Source: Clostridia bacterium (lineage in GTDB: Bacteria > Bacillota > Clostridia > Oscillospirales > Acutalibacteraceae). Taken from it: a stretch of DNA of 64,000 nucleotides. The notes beneath the pieces are model-generated. The model did not search any database. It was given only the letters and a program-made list of their open reading frames with translations, and was not told the DNA's origin. Below are positions 1 through 8,422 of the stretch, one piece after another; positions within the stretch are counted from its first letter, which is position 1, and each line of letters begins with the position of its first letter. Location: positions 11,174 through 75,173 of the forward strand of contig JAFTVI010000036.1 in assembly GCA_017465825.1 (NCBI GenBank), given 5' to 3'. Position numbers and translations under genes: made by a program.

Positions 1-1
1 C

Positions 2-331
2 ACACCTCACGGCGTTGCAAATGCAATCATTCTTCCCACCGTTATGGAGTACAACGCACCCGAAACAGGGGAGAAGTACAGAGATATTGCAAAGGCAATG
101 GGTGTTGAAGGCGTAGACGCTATGACACTTGAAGATGCAAGAAAAGCCGCAATAGATGCAGTTAAGAAACTCAGCGCAGATGTTGGTATTCCCGCAGACC
201 TTAAAGATATTGTCAAGGCAGAGGATGTTGACTTCCTTTCACAGTCCGCTTACGACGATGCCTGCCGTCCCGGCAATCCCCGTGATACATCAGTAGCAGA
301 AATCAAAGAGCTTTATCTTTCACTTATGTAA
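2..331 (+). CDS. iron-containing (group III) alcohol dehydrogenase, C-terminal fragment; 5' end outside window
   Basis: Frame open from nt 2 (..TPHGVANAIILPTVMEYNAPETGEKY..GNPRDTSVAEIKELYLSLM*), typical Fe-ADH C-terminal helical domain. Stop TAA 329-331, hairpin follows. Confidence 0.75.
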   Translation, partial: TPHGVANAIILPTVMEYNAPETGEKYRDIAKAMGVEGVDAMTLEDARKAAIDAVKKLSADVGIPADLKDIVKAEDVDFLSQSAYDDACRPGNPRDTSVAEIKELYLSLM

Positions 332-343
332 TAAAAAACAGCA

Positions 344-369
344 AAGCACTGCCCTTTCGGACAGTGCTT
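344..369. terminator. hairpin between convergent genes (AAGCACTG-N10-CAGTGCTT)
   Basis: 8-bp perfect stem 344-351/362-369 with an A-run before and T-rich tail after. Lies between the adh fragment (+) and 379..1782 (-). Confidence 0.6.
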
Positions 370-378
370 ACTTAAATT

Positions 379-1782
379 TTAGAGGGTTATAGCGTATTCA
401 ACAATATCAATTGTTCCGTAATAGTATGCGATAATGGCAAGATGATGCGTGCCTTTATCCTCCGGTGCAACATTGACGGTTTTAGTATCAATGTTATACA
501 GAATCACAAATTCTGAATCGCTGAAATAATCAGCGTAGGGAATTACATTCAAAAATTTCACCGGCAATTCGTCAAGCCATATTTCATTTTTGAGCATTTC
601 GTCAACTGCCGCATCAGAGTATTCAACATAGTCAGAATCGTAAAATTCAATATATACATCATTTATAATTTCTATTCTGTTGTCTTCGGAATAAGAATCT
701 TTGTAAAATTCTATATAATCCGGTTTAGGCATTTCAATTCCGATTTTTTCTTCAGTTTCAGTAATGACGTTATATCCGCTGTTATAGTATTTGTTAAAAT
801 CCAAGATGCTTAAACAGTTTGCAAGAATAGACAATGACAAGATAATTCCGATAATCAGATTCGGAAGATATTTTAATTGCTTTTTCTTTAAAACTATTGA
901 ATACAATACTGTTGCAATTCCAAACGGTAAAGCCAATAAATATAACCACTTGCAAGGATTTCCGAAAAGTATTGCAAATTCATCAGTACTGTACATTGCG
1001 AGTAATCCGAGATATACAGTAGTGATTAATAAAGATGAAACGATTGTTCTGGATTTTTTGTTGTTTTTTAATTTGTCTGATATGTTGCTGAAATGTTCAT
1101 ATAAAATGCTTTCATCTTTCAGCGATTCCCTTTTTATATAGAATAAATGAACTTTGTCTGCGAATGTAAAATAATCTTCATTTTCATCAAGATATGTAAT
1201 ATCGTTATAGGCAACAGTATATTTATCCGTCAATTCATTGTTTTCAATAACAGATATTGAAACTCTTTCTTCCGATATATCAATTATCTGATGTCTGTTT
1301 TCAACAGTAAGGCTTTTTTCTTTGTAGCCTTTTTTTAATGACTGATGTCTGATTGCAAATATAACAGAATATAAAATTGCTAAAAATAAAAAGCTTAATG
1401 AAATAGTTATTTCAAACGGAACGAAAACAATACAAGCAACAGCAAAAATTAATATAATTCTGAAATATTCTTTTTTTGTATTTTTTGTATATAACTTATT
1501 AATTTCAATATATTCTTCTTTTGAAATTGACATTATATACTGTTCATTTCCATTAAATAAATTGTCAGTTTCAATTCTTTTTCCTTCAATTAATTCATTA
1601 ATAGATACATCCAACAATTTTGATAAATCAGAAAATATTTCAATGTCAGGGTAATTCTTACCGGTTTCCCATCGACTTACCGCTTTATCGGTAACATTAA
1701 GCTGTTCTGCTAATTGAATTTGAGTTAATCCTTTTTCTTTTCTCAATTGAGAAAGAAATTTTCCGAATTCATATGTGTTCAT
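379..1782 (-). CDS. membrane-bound XRE-family HTH protein (467 aa)
   Basis: ORF 379..1896 trimmed to ATG 1782, which has AAGGAG 8 nt upstream. N-terminal Cro/C1-type HTH (LTQIQLAEQLNVTDKAVSRWETGKNYP), then several hydrophobic spans and a YcxB/PH-like stretch. Very AT-rich. Confidence 0.8.
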   Translation of the reverse strand: MNTYEFGKFLSQLRKEKGLTQIQLAEQLNVTDKAVSRWETGKNYPDIEIFSDLSKLLDVSINELIEGKRIETDNLFNGNEQYIMSISKEEYIEINKLYTKNTKKEYFRIILIFAVACIVFVPFEITISLSFLFLAILYSVIFAIRHQSLKKGYKEKSLTVENRHQIIDISEERVSISVIENNELTDKYTVAYNDITYLDENEDYFTFADKVHLFYIKRESLKDESILYEHFSNISDKLKNNKKSRTIVSSLLITTVYLGLLAMYSTDEFAILFGNPCKWLYLLALPFGIATVLYSIVLKKKQLKYLPNLIIGIILSLSILANCLSILDFNKYYNSGYNVITETEEKIGIEMPKPDYIEFYKDSYSEDNRIEIINDVYIEFYDSDYVEYSDAAVDEMLKNEIWLDELPVKFLNVIPYADYFSDSEFVILYNIDTKTVNVAPEDKGTHHLAIIAYYYGTIDIVEYAITL

Positions 1783-1923
1783 AAAAAAACTCCTTTCATC
1801 AATGCGATTATATAATAAATTTTGAAAAAAGTCACTCTCGTAAAAATAGAATTTAATGATCTTTATGTAAAATAAACAAAATTGATAACTTATCATGAAT
1901 TATATAGATGATAGATTCTTATA

Positions 1924-2634
1924 TCAAAAACTATGGTTACGGTTTGTATTTATTTTATATAATGTTGAAATAGTATAATTCTCTTCAAATGTTTTATCAT
2001 CCGGATTTGTTTCAAAATATTCCCGTGCCATATCGGAAAATCCCATTCTTTGTAAGTTTTTGTATTCTGTGCAGTTTACATATTCTTTCCACGATACTTC
2101 AAGAATGTCAGTCAGTTTATCATTGACTAATTTTGATACAAAACATTCACTTTTTACACCCGTTACTTTATCTCTGAAAAATCCAATCAGATAATATGTA
2201 TCTGTTTCGTTATCGTATTCTATGTCGCTTAATACAGTAAGAGTATCTTTGAGAAAAAGACGTTTTTTAAGTGAAAAATCCGTTGTATTGTATATTGAAA
2301 GTGCCGTTTTACAACTGTCGATGTGCCGTTCGATATTATAAAATTCTTTTCCGTCGGGAGAAAAACAGAATCCGTCATCCTGACTGCAGTCCACTTTTGA
2401 AAAGCGAAACTTTTTTAAGAGAGAAAGCTCCTTCAGTGAATAAACCGCCAGCCTGCCTGTAGTAGATTTGACAATAAATATATCTCCGTTCGGTGAAAAT
2501 TCGGGTGTGTATGCGTATTTCAAATCTTTGAATTTTGCAAGTTCAATATTATTTTTATCGTACACATAAACAGTTTGTCCCGTGCAGCCTACAATGTATT
2601 CTCCGTTGCTTATAAGACTTTGGAATCTTGGCAA
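1924..2634 (-). CDS. hypothetical protein, PD40/WD40-like beta-propeller repeats
   Basis: 236-aa ORF with a TTG start only and no good SD. Repeated FSPNGD../FSPDGK.. blades, no signal peptide. Confidence 0.5.
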   Translation of the reverse strand: MPRFQSLISNGEYIVGCTGQTVYVYDKNNIELAKFKDLKYAYTPEFSPNGDIFIVKSTTGRLAVYSLKELSLLKKFRFSKVDCSQDDGFCFSPDGKEFYNIERHIDSCKTALSIYNTTDFSLKKRLFLKDTLTVLSDIEYDNETDTYYLIGFFRDKVTGVKSECFVSKLVNDKLTDILEVSWKEYVNCTEYKNLQRMGFSDMAREYFETNPDDKTFEENYTISTLYKINTNRNHSF

Positions 2635-2682
2635 AAAATCACATCCGCTTCTTGGATTTATCCGATTAAGTATAATGAGTTA

Positions 2683-3555
2683 TTATTCAGTAAATTCCAC
2701 CGATTTTGCCCATTCTATAAATGTCTTGCGGTATGTTTCGGCATTCTCTTCAAGCGTAGCAAATTCTACCAGCCAGAATGCATCTGTTCCTTTGTAAACA
2801 ACAGAAAAATACGAGTAAGTATCATTTGTCTCCGAATTCGGTAATTCGTATTCAAAATAAGTCAGACCGTCATATGTCTGCAATTTTACAGATGAATCAA
2901 AACCGTTAGCTTCAAGCACCATATTACCGTATTCCTTGAGAGTATAAAACTCAAATCCGTCAAGCAATTCAAACTCTTCTTTTATTATATATACAGCAAT
3001 GTCGTCATTGTAGTAAACAGACGTAAATCCGTCAATATCAGTTTCTTCAAATTTATCTGTCAGCATAATCTCTATTCCGTCAGTTGAGAAGACTTCCGGC
3101 ACAGGCTCTGTGTAGTCATCAAAGTCAATGCTCCTTAAAATACCCAAAAGAAAACCTATGACGAGTGCAACAACCATTATGATAATACCCCTGTGAGAAC
3201 CTTTTTTGCGGTTGTTCAGTATTTCTTCATCTGTAACACCGTCAAAACGGAACGGATGTCCTGCCGCAACATTGTATATGTTTTTGCCGCTGAGATAAAT
3301 ATCTTCATTGCCTGCAGGCAATTTATAATAATCGTTGCAGAAATTTTTGCTTAATTTGTCTGCAATAACAAAAACTCTTGCTTCGTTTTCATAAATAGGA
3401 AATACGCATTCCTGTCCGTTTTTGATTTCACCGATTTTGGTGCATTTTACATCGTTGATAGTCAGCTCTCCGGATATGGTGTCTTCAATGTATACTTTTA
3501 ATTTGCTCAGACAGCCGACAAATGTTTTATGTCTTTTTATAATCAGATTACGCAT
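2683..3555 (-). CDS. hypothetical single-pass membrane protein
   Basis: 290-aa ORF, ATG with GGAGGAA SD. One central TM (IIIMVVALVIGFLLGIL). No family recognised. Confidence 0.7.
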   Translation of the reverse strand: MRNLIIKRHKTFVGCLSKLKVYIEDTISGELTINDVKCTKIGEIKNGQECVFPIYENEARVFVIADKLSKNFCNDYYKLPAGNEDIYLSGKNIYNVAAGHPFRFDGVTDEEILNNRKKGSHRGIIIMVVALVIGFLLGILRSIDFDDYTEPVPEVFSTDGIEIMLTDKFEETDIDGFTSVYYNDDIAVYIIKEEFELLDGFEFYTLKEYGNMVLEANGFDSSVKLQTYDGLTYFEYELPNSETNDTYSYFSVVYKGTDAFWLVEFATLEENAETYRKTFIEWAKSVEFTE

Positions 3556-3726
3556 AAAAATTCCTCCGAAGTTGATGATATTTCTTTTTCTGCAAAATCA
3601 TTCTATCATAAAAAACTTATTGTTGCAACAAGTTGTTAAAAAAGTCGTAAATTATTTTATAAAATTATTTATTTTGTTAAAAAATTTAAATTTTACCTTC
3701 AAAGTGTTCAGTCAGTATCAAACAAT

Positions 3727-3755
3727 AAACAGGCAAGTGTTACACCTGCCTGTTT
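3727..3755 (-). terminator. rho-independent terminator after 3761..4660
   Basis: Perfect 9-bp stem AAACAGGCA/TGCCTGTTT (3727-3735/3747-3755), T-rich tail on the minus strand. Confidence 0.65.
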
Positions 3756-3760
3756 GTTGT

Positions 3761-4660
3761 TTAAAATACATCTTCAATATCGTCAACTACAACAACTATG
3801 GGAATACCTGTTGAATCGGTAAAGCTCTTAAGTGCCGTGTTGACCGAATCTTCCGTCAATTCAAGTTTGGTTTTGTTTGTAAGATGCGACTCAATCTGAA
3901 TATGTTCCTCATCGCAGGTGAATGACGAATCAGCACTCAATTCGGATATGTTCTGCTCCATCGTATTGATAATCTGTGCAATATTTGCATCAAGAGAATA
4001 CTTATAGGAGCTTGTGGTAATAGCATTTGATACTGCCGTACCGAATTGAGTTTCCTCATTGCCGAACATATAGTTTATGTCAGTTGCAATATGGTCTCCG
4101 ACCCAGGCTATGTAATAATAATCATAATAGTTTTCATCCTCGGTCAGGAATACCAGCAGGATGTTATCCTCATAAGCTGTTGAGTTGCCGAATTCCTCTG
4201 CATACATCTTGTCTGCATAATCCTGAAAAGCATTTTCGTCATATTCGTTGTCATCAACGGAAACAACAGCGTTATTTGGCATATTGACACTATCATTATT
4301 GTGCATAACAACGGTATTTGAGCCGCCAAAGAGAAAAATCAAGCCGAATACAATAAATAATATTATAATGACAGGTGTAAGTATTATTCCCGTAAGACTG
4401 CCTAAACAGCCTCTGCCGCCGTAATGATGCGGTCTGTGGAACCAACCGCCGCCGAAATGGGGACCGTGCATACCGCCGCGAGGGGGTCGGTGCCATCCTC
4501 CGCCAAAACCGCCGTGATGTCCTCCTCCGTGAAAACCTCCACCGTGATGTCCGCCGCCGAAGCCGCCTCCACCGCCGTGAAAACCGCCTCCGCCAAAGCT
4601 GCCGCCGCCACCGCTGCGACCACCGCCGCCACCGTGTGCTCCTCCTCCGGGTCCGGGCAT
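3761..4660 (-). CDS. membrane protein with Gly/His-rich N-terminal tail and TPM-like C-terminal domain (tentative)
   Basis: 299 aa, strong SD AAGGAGGT. Residues 1-84 are almost only G/H/F/W/R/P (GGGFHGGGHHGGFGGGWHRPP..). One TM (IILTPVIIILFIVFGLIFLF), then a ~190-aa extracytoplasmic domain. Confidence 0.8.
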   Translation of the reverse strand: MPGPGGGAHGGGGGRSGGGGSFGGGGFHGGGGGFGGGHHGGGFHGGGHHGGFGGGWHRPPRGGMHGPHFGGGWFHRPHHYGGRGCLGSLTGIILTPVIIILFIVFGLIFLFGGSNTVVMHNNDSVNMPNNAVVSVDDNEYDENAFQDYADKMYAEEFGNSTAYEDNILLVFLTEDENYYDYYYIAWVGDHIATDINYMFGNEETQFGTAVSNAITTSSYKYSLDANIAQIINTMEQNISELSADSSFTCDEEHIQIESHLTNKTKLELTEDSVNTALKSFTDSTGIPIVVVVDDIEDVF

Positions 4661-4823
4661 AATAAAACCTCCTTGTAATTGTTTTGATTTATAATTTATT
4701 TTAACATAATTAACGGTTATTGTAAATAGTGATTTAAAAAATATGAAAAAATAACAGCCGACAAATTTTTATGCAGCATTCAGTGTGTGAATTGTGCTGT
4801 CAGACAGTGCTGAAATTTTGGAA

Positions 4824-4858
4824 AACAAAAAAACATTGTAACCCGTGGGATTACAATG
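4824..4858 (-). terminator. rho-independent terminator after 4869..5417
   Basis: Stem CATTGTAA/TTACAATG (4834-4841/4851-4858) followed on the minus strand by a T7 run. Confidence 0.8.
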
Positions 4859-4868
4859 CCTGAATTTA

Positions 4869-5417
4869 TTATGTAGGTTGTATTTGCTCTGTTTTGACGG
4901 GTTTGGTTGACTTCTTGAATCGTATGATTCCGATTATAACTGAAATAAGTGATATGGATTCACTTACTATTCCGCTGTATGAACCGGCAAAAATATTATA
5001 AATAAGAATCAGCGAAGAGGATGCAAGTATTGTTTTTCTGAAATTTCTTGCGCCGAACATACCCATACACATAGTATTTAAAACAAGTCCCAGAGTAATC
5101 AGCAGGGAGTGCATACCTTCCCAGGAAAAAATGCTTGCGACAGCCATACACAAAGAAAGTATGATAGGTGATGTCCAGTCAATACGTTGTTTTTTGTCAC
5201 GGAAGTAGTATACAAAATTACGTATGATGCAGACAGCATTCAGTGCAAAACCTGAAAAAGCACCGATGAGAAGATATTGAACACAGCTTAAAGCAGTTGC
5301 AACAGTCTGAATAATCAGCAGCTTTCTTTTTTTTGAACGCTGATAAGAATAGAAAAATAATCCTGTTGAAATAAAGCCAAGGCAATGTCCGATTAATTCT
5401 ATAAAATTTATATCCAT
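4869..5417 (-). CDS. YgjV-like inner membrane protein (tentative)
   Basis: 182 aa, 5-6 hydrophobic helices. Size and N-terminus resemble the YgjV family as I recall it. Confidence 0.65.
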   Translation of the reverse strand: MDINFIELIGHCLGFISTGLFFYSYQRSKKRKLLIIQTVATALSCVQYLLIGAFSGFALNAVCIIRNFVYYFRDKKQRIDWTSPIILSLCMAVASIFSWEGMHSLLITLGLVLNTMCMGMFGARNFRKTILASSSLILIYNIFAGSYSGIVSESISLISVIIGIIRFKKSTKPVKTEQIQPT

Positions 5418-5465
5418 ATAGACACTCTCATTCTTAAACGTATATATAAATGCAGTGATTTTTTG

Positions 5466-5496
5466 CAGAAAAACATCCCGGTCTTTTGAACCGGGA
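5466..5496 (-). terminator. terminator downstream of the initiator tRNA
   Basis: Stem TCCCGGT/ACCGGGA (5476-5482/5490-5496), then TGTTTTTCTGC on the minus strand. Confidence 0.7.
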
Positions 5497-5503
5497 AAGA
5501 AGT

Positions 5504-5581
<78 letters not shown>

Positions 5582-5614
5582 ATATTTACTGGTTGCACCC
5601 TCAAGTGCCTTATT

Positions 5615-5643
5615 AGTATACATTATCAGTTGCAAAATGTCAA
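5615..5643 (-). promoter_or_regulatory. sigma-A type promoter for the initiator tRNA
   Basis: Minus strand TTGACA (5643-5638), 17 nt, TATACT (5620-5615), about 35 nt upstream of the tRNA 5' end. Confidence 0.7.
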
Positions 5644-5710
5644 TAGTTTTTTATAAAAAAATTAAAATTTTTATCGGGCATCTTCGACAGGGAAGACACC
5701 CGATTGAATT

Positions 5711-7015
5711 TTACTTGCCCGATACCGTTACGCCGTCAAATGCGACCCAAGGATATACGCAGGAGCCGTCCTCCGCAGTTTCTTTAGAAATATCGGTTAT
5801 ATTCTTCATCATATCGGCAAGATTGCCGCTTATCATTGTTTCTAAAACAGGTTTTGTGATCTTTCCGTTTTCAATAAGAAAGCTGTTCTTTGCAACGCCC
5901 GAAAAATCGCCGTTACCTGCGGGGCTACCGCCTGAAAGTCTGCATACGAGAATACCTTTGTCAATTTTTGATATCAACGCATTGTAAGGTGTTTCGCCTG
6001 CGTGAACTTCCATACAGCCGCTGAGAGTTGAGCATCTCTTTTCGCCTGATTTTCTTGCGCCGTATTCTGAAAGACAGAATGATTCAAGCACGCCGTTCTT
6101 TATAATGTCACAGTTTTTTGTTTTGTAACCCTCTGCCGTGTATCTTTCGCCGCCCACAACTCTCGGGTCAATGGGAATGAGTGATACGGAAAGGGAATTG
6201 TCAGCAACCTGTGTACCGAGGCTTTTTCTCCAGGGACTTGTGTTATCAATAATTGATGAGTCCGTTGTGAAACTGCCTATTGCAGTGCCGATAATATCAC
6301 CTAAACAGGAAGGCGCAAAAACTGCCGTGCCTGTAAATTTACCCTCAAAAGGAACAGCGTCAAGCTCCTTTTCGCAAAGCTCATACATCATACGCTGAGT
6401 GCCCATATCAAGAATCTTCTTGTCAAGGTCAACAAAATCAATACCTGTTGAGTTGAATGATGTGGTTTTGTCACCGTCGTGTGCGGAGTACATCGAGCTC
6501 ATTGAATAGTATGCAGACTGATTTGAAAATTCTACGCCGTTGGTATTTGCGAATACGGACTTGCCGTCGCAGTATTCAGCAATAAGCTGTTCAACAAATA
6601 CTTTCGGATAATCCTTTGACAGATTCTCCATATATTCGTTAATGCGGTCAAAGAATTTATCTCTGTCACTTTCGCCCACGCCGTATGAAAAATCCTCATT
6701 TCCTTCCACAGGAGCGATTGAAAGACAGTCGTCCTCAGCAGATACGGATGCGTTTTCAACACATTCCTTTGCCGCTGCGTCAATGGATTCCTTGTCAAAC
6801 TTGTTAATTACAATTGTACCTTTTTTCATATCCTTGATAACAAGCATAGATATGGAGTTGTTAAAGGTTGACCTCATAAGGCTGAATTCACCGGCATCAA
6901 TGTTGATTTCATCTGCGACCGAGTGTCCTACCTTGCACTGTGCATCGTCTGCTCCGTGTTTTTTAAGACAGGAGAGGGTATACTGAGCAATTTCTTTAAG
7001 ATTTGAAATATCCAT
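5711..7015 (-). CDS. pmbA: PmbA/TldE-family metalloprotease subunit
   Basis: 434 aa, PmbA_TldD fold without HExxxH. ATG 7015 with AGGAGG 7 nt upstream that overlaps the tldD stop. Confidence 0.85.
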   Translation of the reverse strand: MDISNLKEIAQYTLSCLKKHGADDAQCKVGHSVADEINIDAGEFSLMRSTFNNSISMLVIKDMKKGTIVINKFDKESIDAAAKECVENASVSAEDDCLSIAPVEGNEDFSYGVGESDRDKFFDRINEYMENLSKDYPKVFVEQLIAEYCDGKSVFANTNGVEFSNQSAYYSMSSMYSAHDGDKTTSFNSTGIDFVDLDKKILDMGTQRMMYELCEKELDAVPFEGKFTGTAVFAPSCLGDIIGTAIGSFTTDSSIIDNTSPWRKSLGTQVADNSLSVSLIPIDPRVVGGERYTAEGYKTKNCDIIKNGVLESFCLSEYGARKSGEKRCSTLSGCMEVHAGETPYNALISKIDKGILVCRLSGGSPAGNGDFSGVAKNSFLIENGKITKPVLETMISGNLADMMKNITDISKETAEDGSCVYPWVAFDGVTVSGK

Positions 7016-7027
7016 AATATATCCTCC

Positions 7028-8419
7028 TTATCTACCGCCAATGTTGATTTTGCATTTTACTGCAGGACCGCCGTCGGATACAGCCATAGGCTGTTTTTTG
7101 CCGCAGTAACCCGAACACGCCCAATGTAATTCGTCAGAGAGCATATCAACAGTTTTCAGCGTTTCAAATGCAACACCCGAGATTGTGGTGTCACGGATAG
7201 CTCTGCCGAGCTTACCGTTTTTGATTTCATAACCCATTGTTATGCCGAACATAAACTCACCGGTGGTATCAGCCTGACCGTTCTGTGTTTTTGTAAGATA
7301 ATATCCGTTATCAATAGATGCAATCATATCCTCAAGCCTATCCGTGCCTGGGAGAATTGCAGTATTTCTCATTCTAACAAGTGGCTCGTCGTCAAAGGAA
7401 TGTGCTCTTGCATTGCCGCAGGGCTTCATTCCGAAGTGAACTGCACTTTCCTTGTTGTTCATATAGCCTGTAAGAATACCGTTTTCAATAAGAACAGCGT
7501 CTTCGCAGGGAGTGCCCTCGTCATCAACATATACGGGCAGGGGAACAGTCTTGCCGAATGCGGTGTGAGCGTAATCTATAATGGTGATTTTATCCGATGC
7601 AACCTGCTTGCCTAAGTTTGTAGCCGCAACGGAGCCTGCAAGCACAAGATCCGCTTCAACCGTATGACCTACCGCCTCGTGTGCAATCATACCTGCAATT
7701 GACGAATCTATAATACAGTCGCATACGCCTGCCTCGGAGAAAACACCCTCTTTTTTAGCCATAAGCTTTTGATAAAGCTCTTCAATTTTATCGTAGAGTG
7801 CATCGGGAGAAGTGAATACATCTGTAAAATATCCTCTTGCACAGTCCATAACCTCAAAAAGCTCAACGTTGGAGCCGTCATTGGCTTCAGCACTCATATC
7901 AACGTAAATACAGCTCCTCGGCGAAACCGAATATGCCGAACTGCCTGTGCTCACGTGTAAAAGGCGCTCACTGCTGTCGCATCTTATCATAACACTTCTG
8001 CTTGAAAGGTCGGGATATTTGTTTGCTATATAGTCGTCAAGCTCTTTTGCAAAATCAAGCAGAAGCTTCTGCGGTACATCAACGATTTTTGTTGTATCGG
8101 TGTAATTGACAACGGGTGCATCATAAAGTGCAGGCTTGTTTTTGTTGACACGCCTGTCAAGAAACAGCGCATTATCCCTTGCGGCATTTAAAACAGCCTT
8201 GACGCTTTCGTCGCTGTATTCGCCTACGGAAGAGAAGCCGTAAACACCGTTTTTGTAAACTCTTGCGCTGATACCGCTTGCAGTTACTCTTGAATTACCC
8301 ACAAGATTGCCCGATACAATGCTGATACCGCAGTTTGTATCAATCTGTGTCCTGATTTCGGTGTAATCCGAAACATCGGCTATATGCTTTGAAATTAAAT
8401 CATTTAACAAAAGATTCAC
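7028..8419 (-). CDS. tldD: TldD-family metalloprotease
   Basis: 463 aa with the zinc motif ..GMIAHEAVGHTVEADL.. GTG start 3 nt after the upstream stop; TTG at 8410 is an alternative. Confidence 0.85.
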   Translation of the reverse strand: MNLLLNDLISKHIADVSDYTEIRTQIDTNCGISIVSGNLVGNSRVTASGISARVYKNGVYGFSSVGEYSDESVKAVLNAARDNALFLDRRVNKNKPALYDAPVVNYTDTTKIVDVPQKLLLDFAKELDDYIANKYPDLSSRSVMIRCDSSERLLHVSTGSSAYSVSPRSCIYVDMSAEANDGSNVELFEVMDCARGYFTDVFTSPDALYDKIEELYQKLMAKKEGVFSEAGVCDCIIDSSIAGMIAHEAVGHTVEADLVLAGSVAATNLGKQVASDKITIIDYAHTAFGKTVPLPVYVDDEGTPCEDAVLIENGILTGYMNNKESAVHFGMKPCGNARAHSFDDEPLVRMRNTAILPGTDRLEDMIASIDNGYYLTKTQNGQADTTGEFMFGITMGYEIKNGKLGRAIRDTTISGVAFETLKTVDMLSDELHWACSGYCGKKQPMAVSDGGPAVKCKINIGGR

Positions 8420-8422
8420 CCT

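Noticed and set aside
4296-4678. Overlapping ORFs 4402..4632(-), 4424..4678(+) and 4296..4496(-) in the Gly-rich region.
   Set aside because: These are alternative-frame and antisense readings of a GGN-rich low-complexity stretch. Only the 3761..4660 frame has a strong SD (AAGGAGGT), a TM and a folded domain.
5673-5704. Hairpin ATCGGGCATCTTC..GAAGACACCCGAT after pmbA as a rho-independent terminator.
   Set aside because: The stem is good, with two internal mismatches, but there is no U-tract directly after it on the minus strand. It is likely a weak terminator or processing structure and is not listed as a confident feature.
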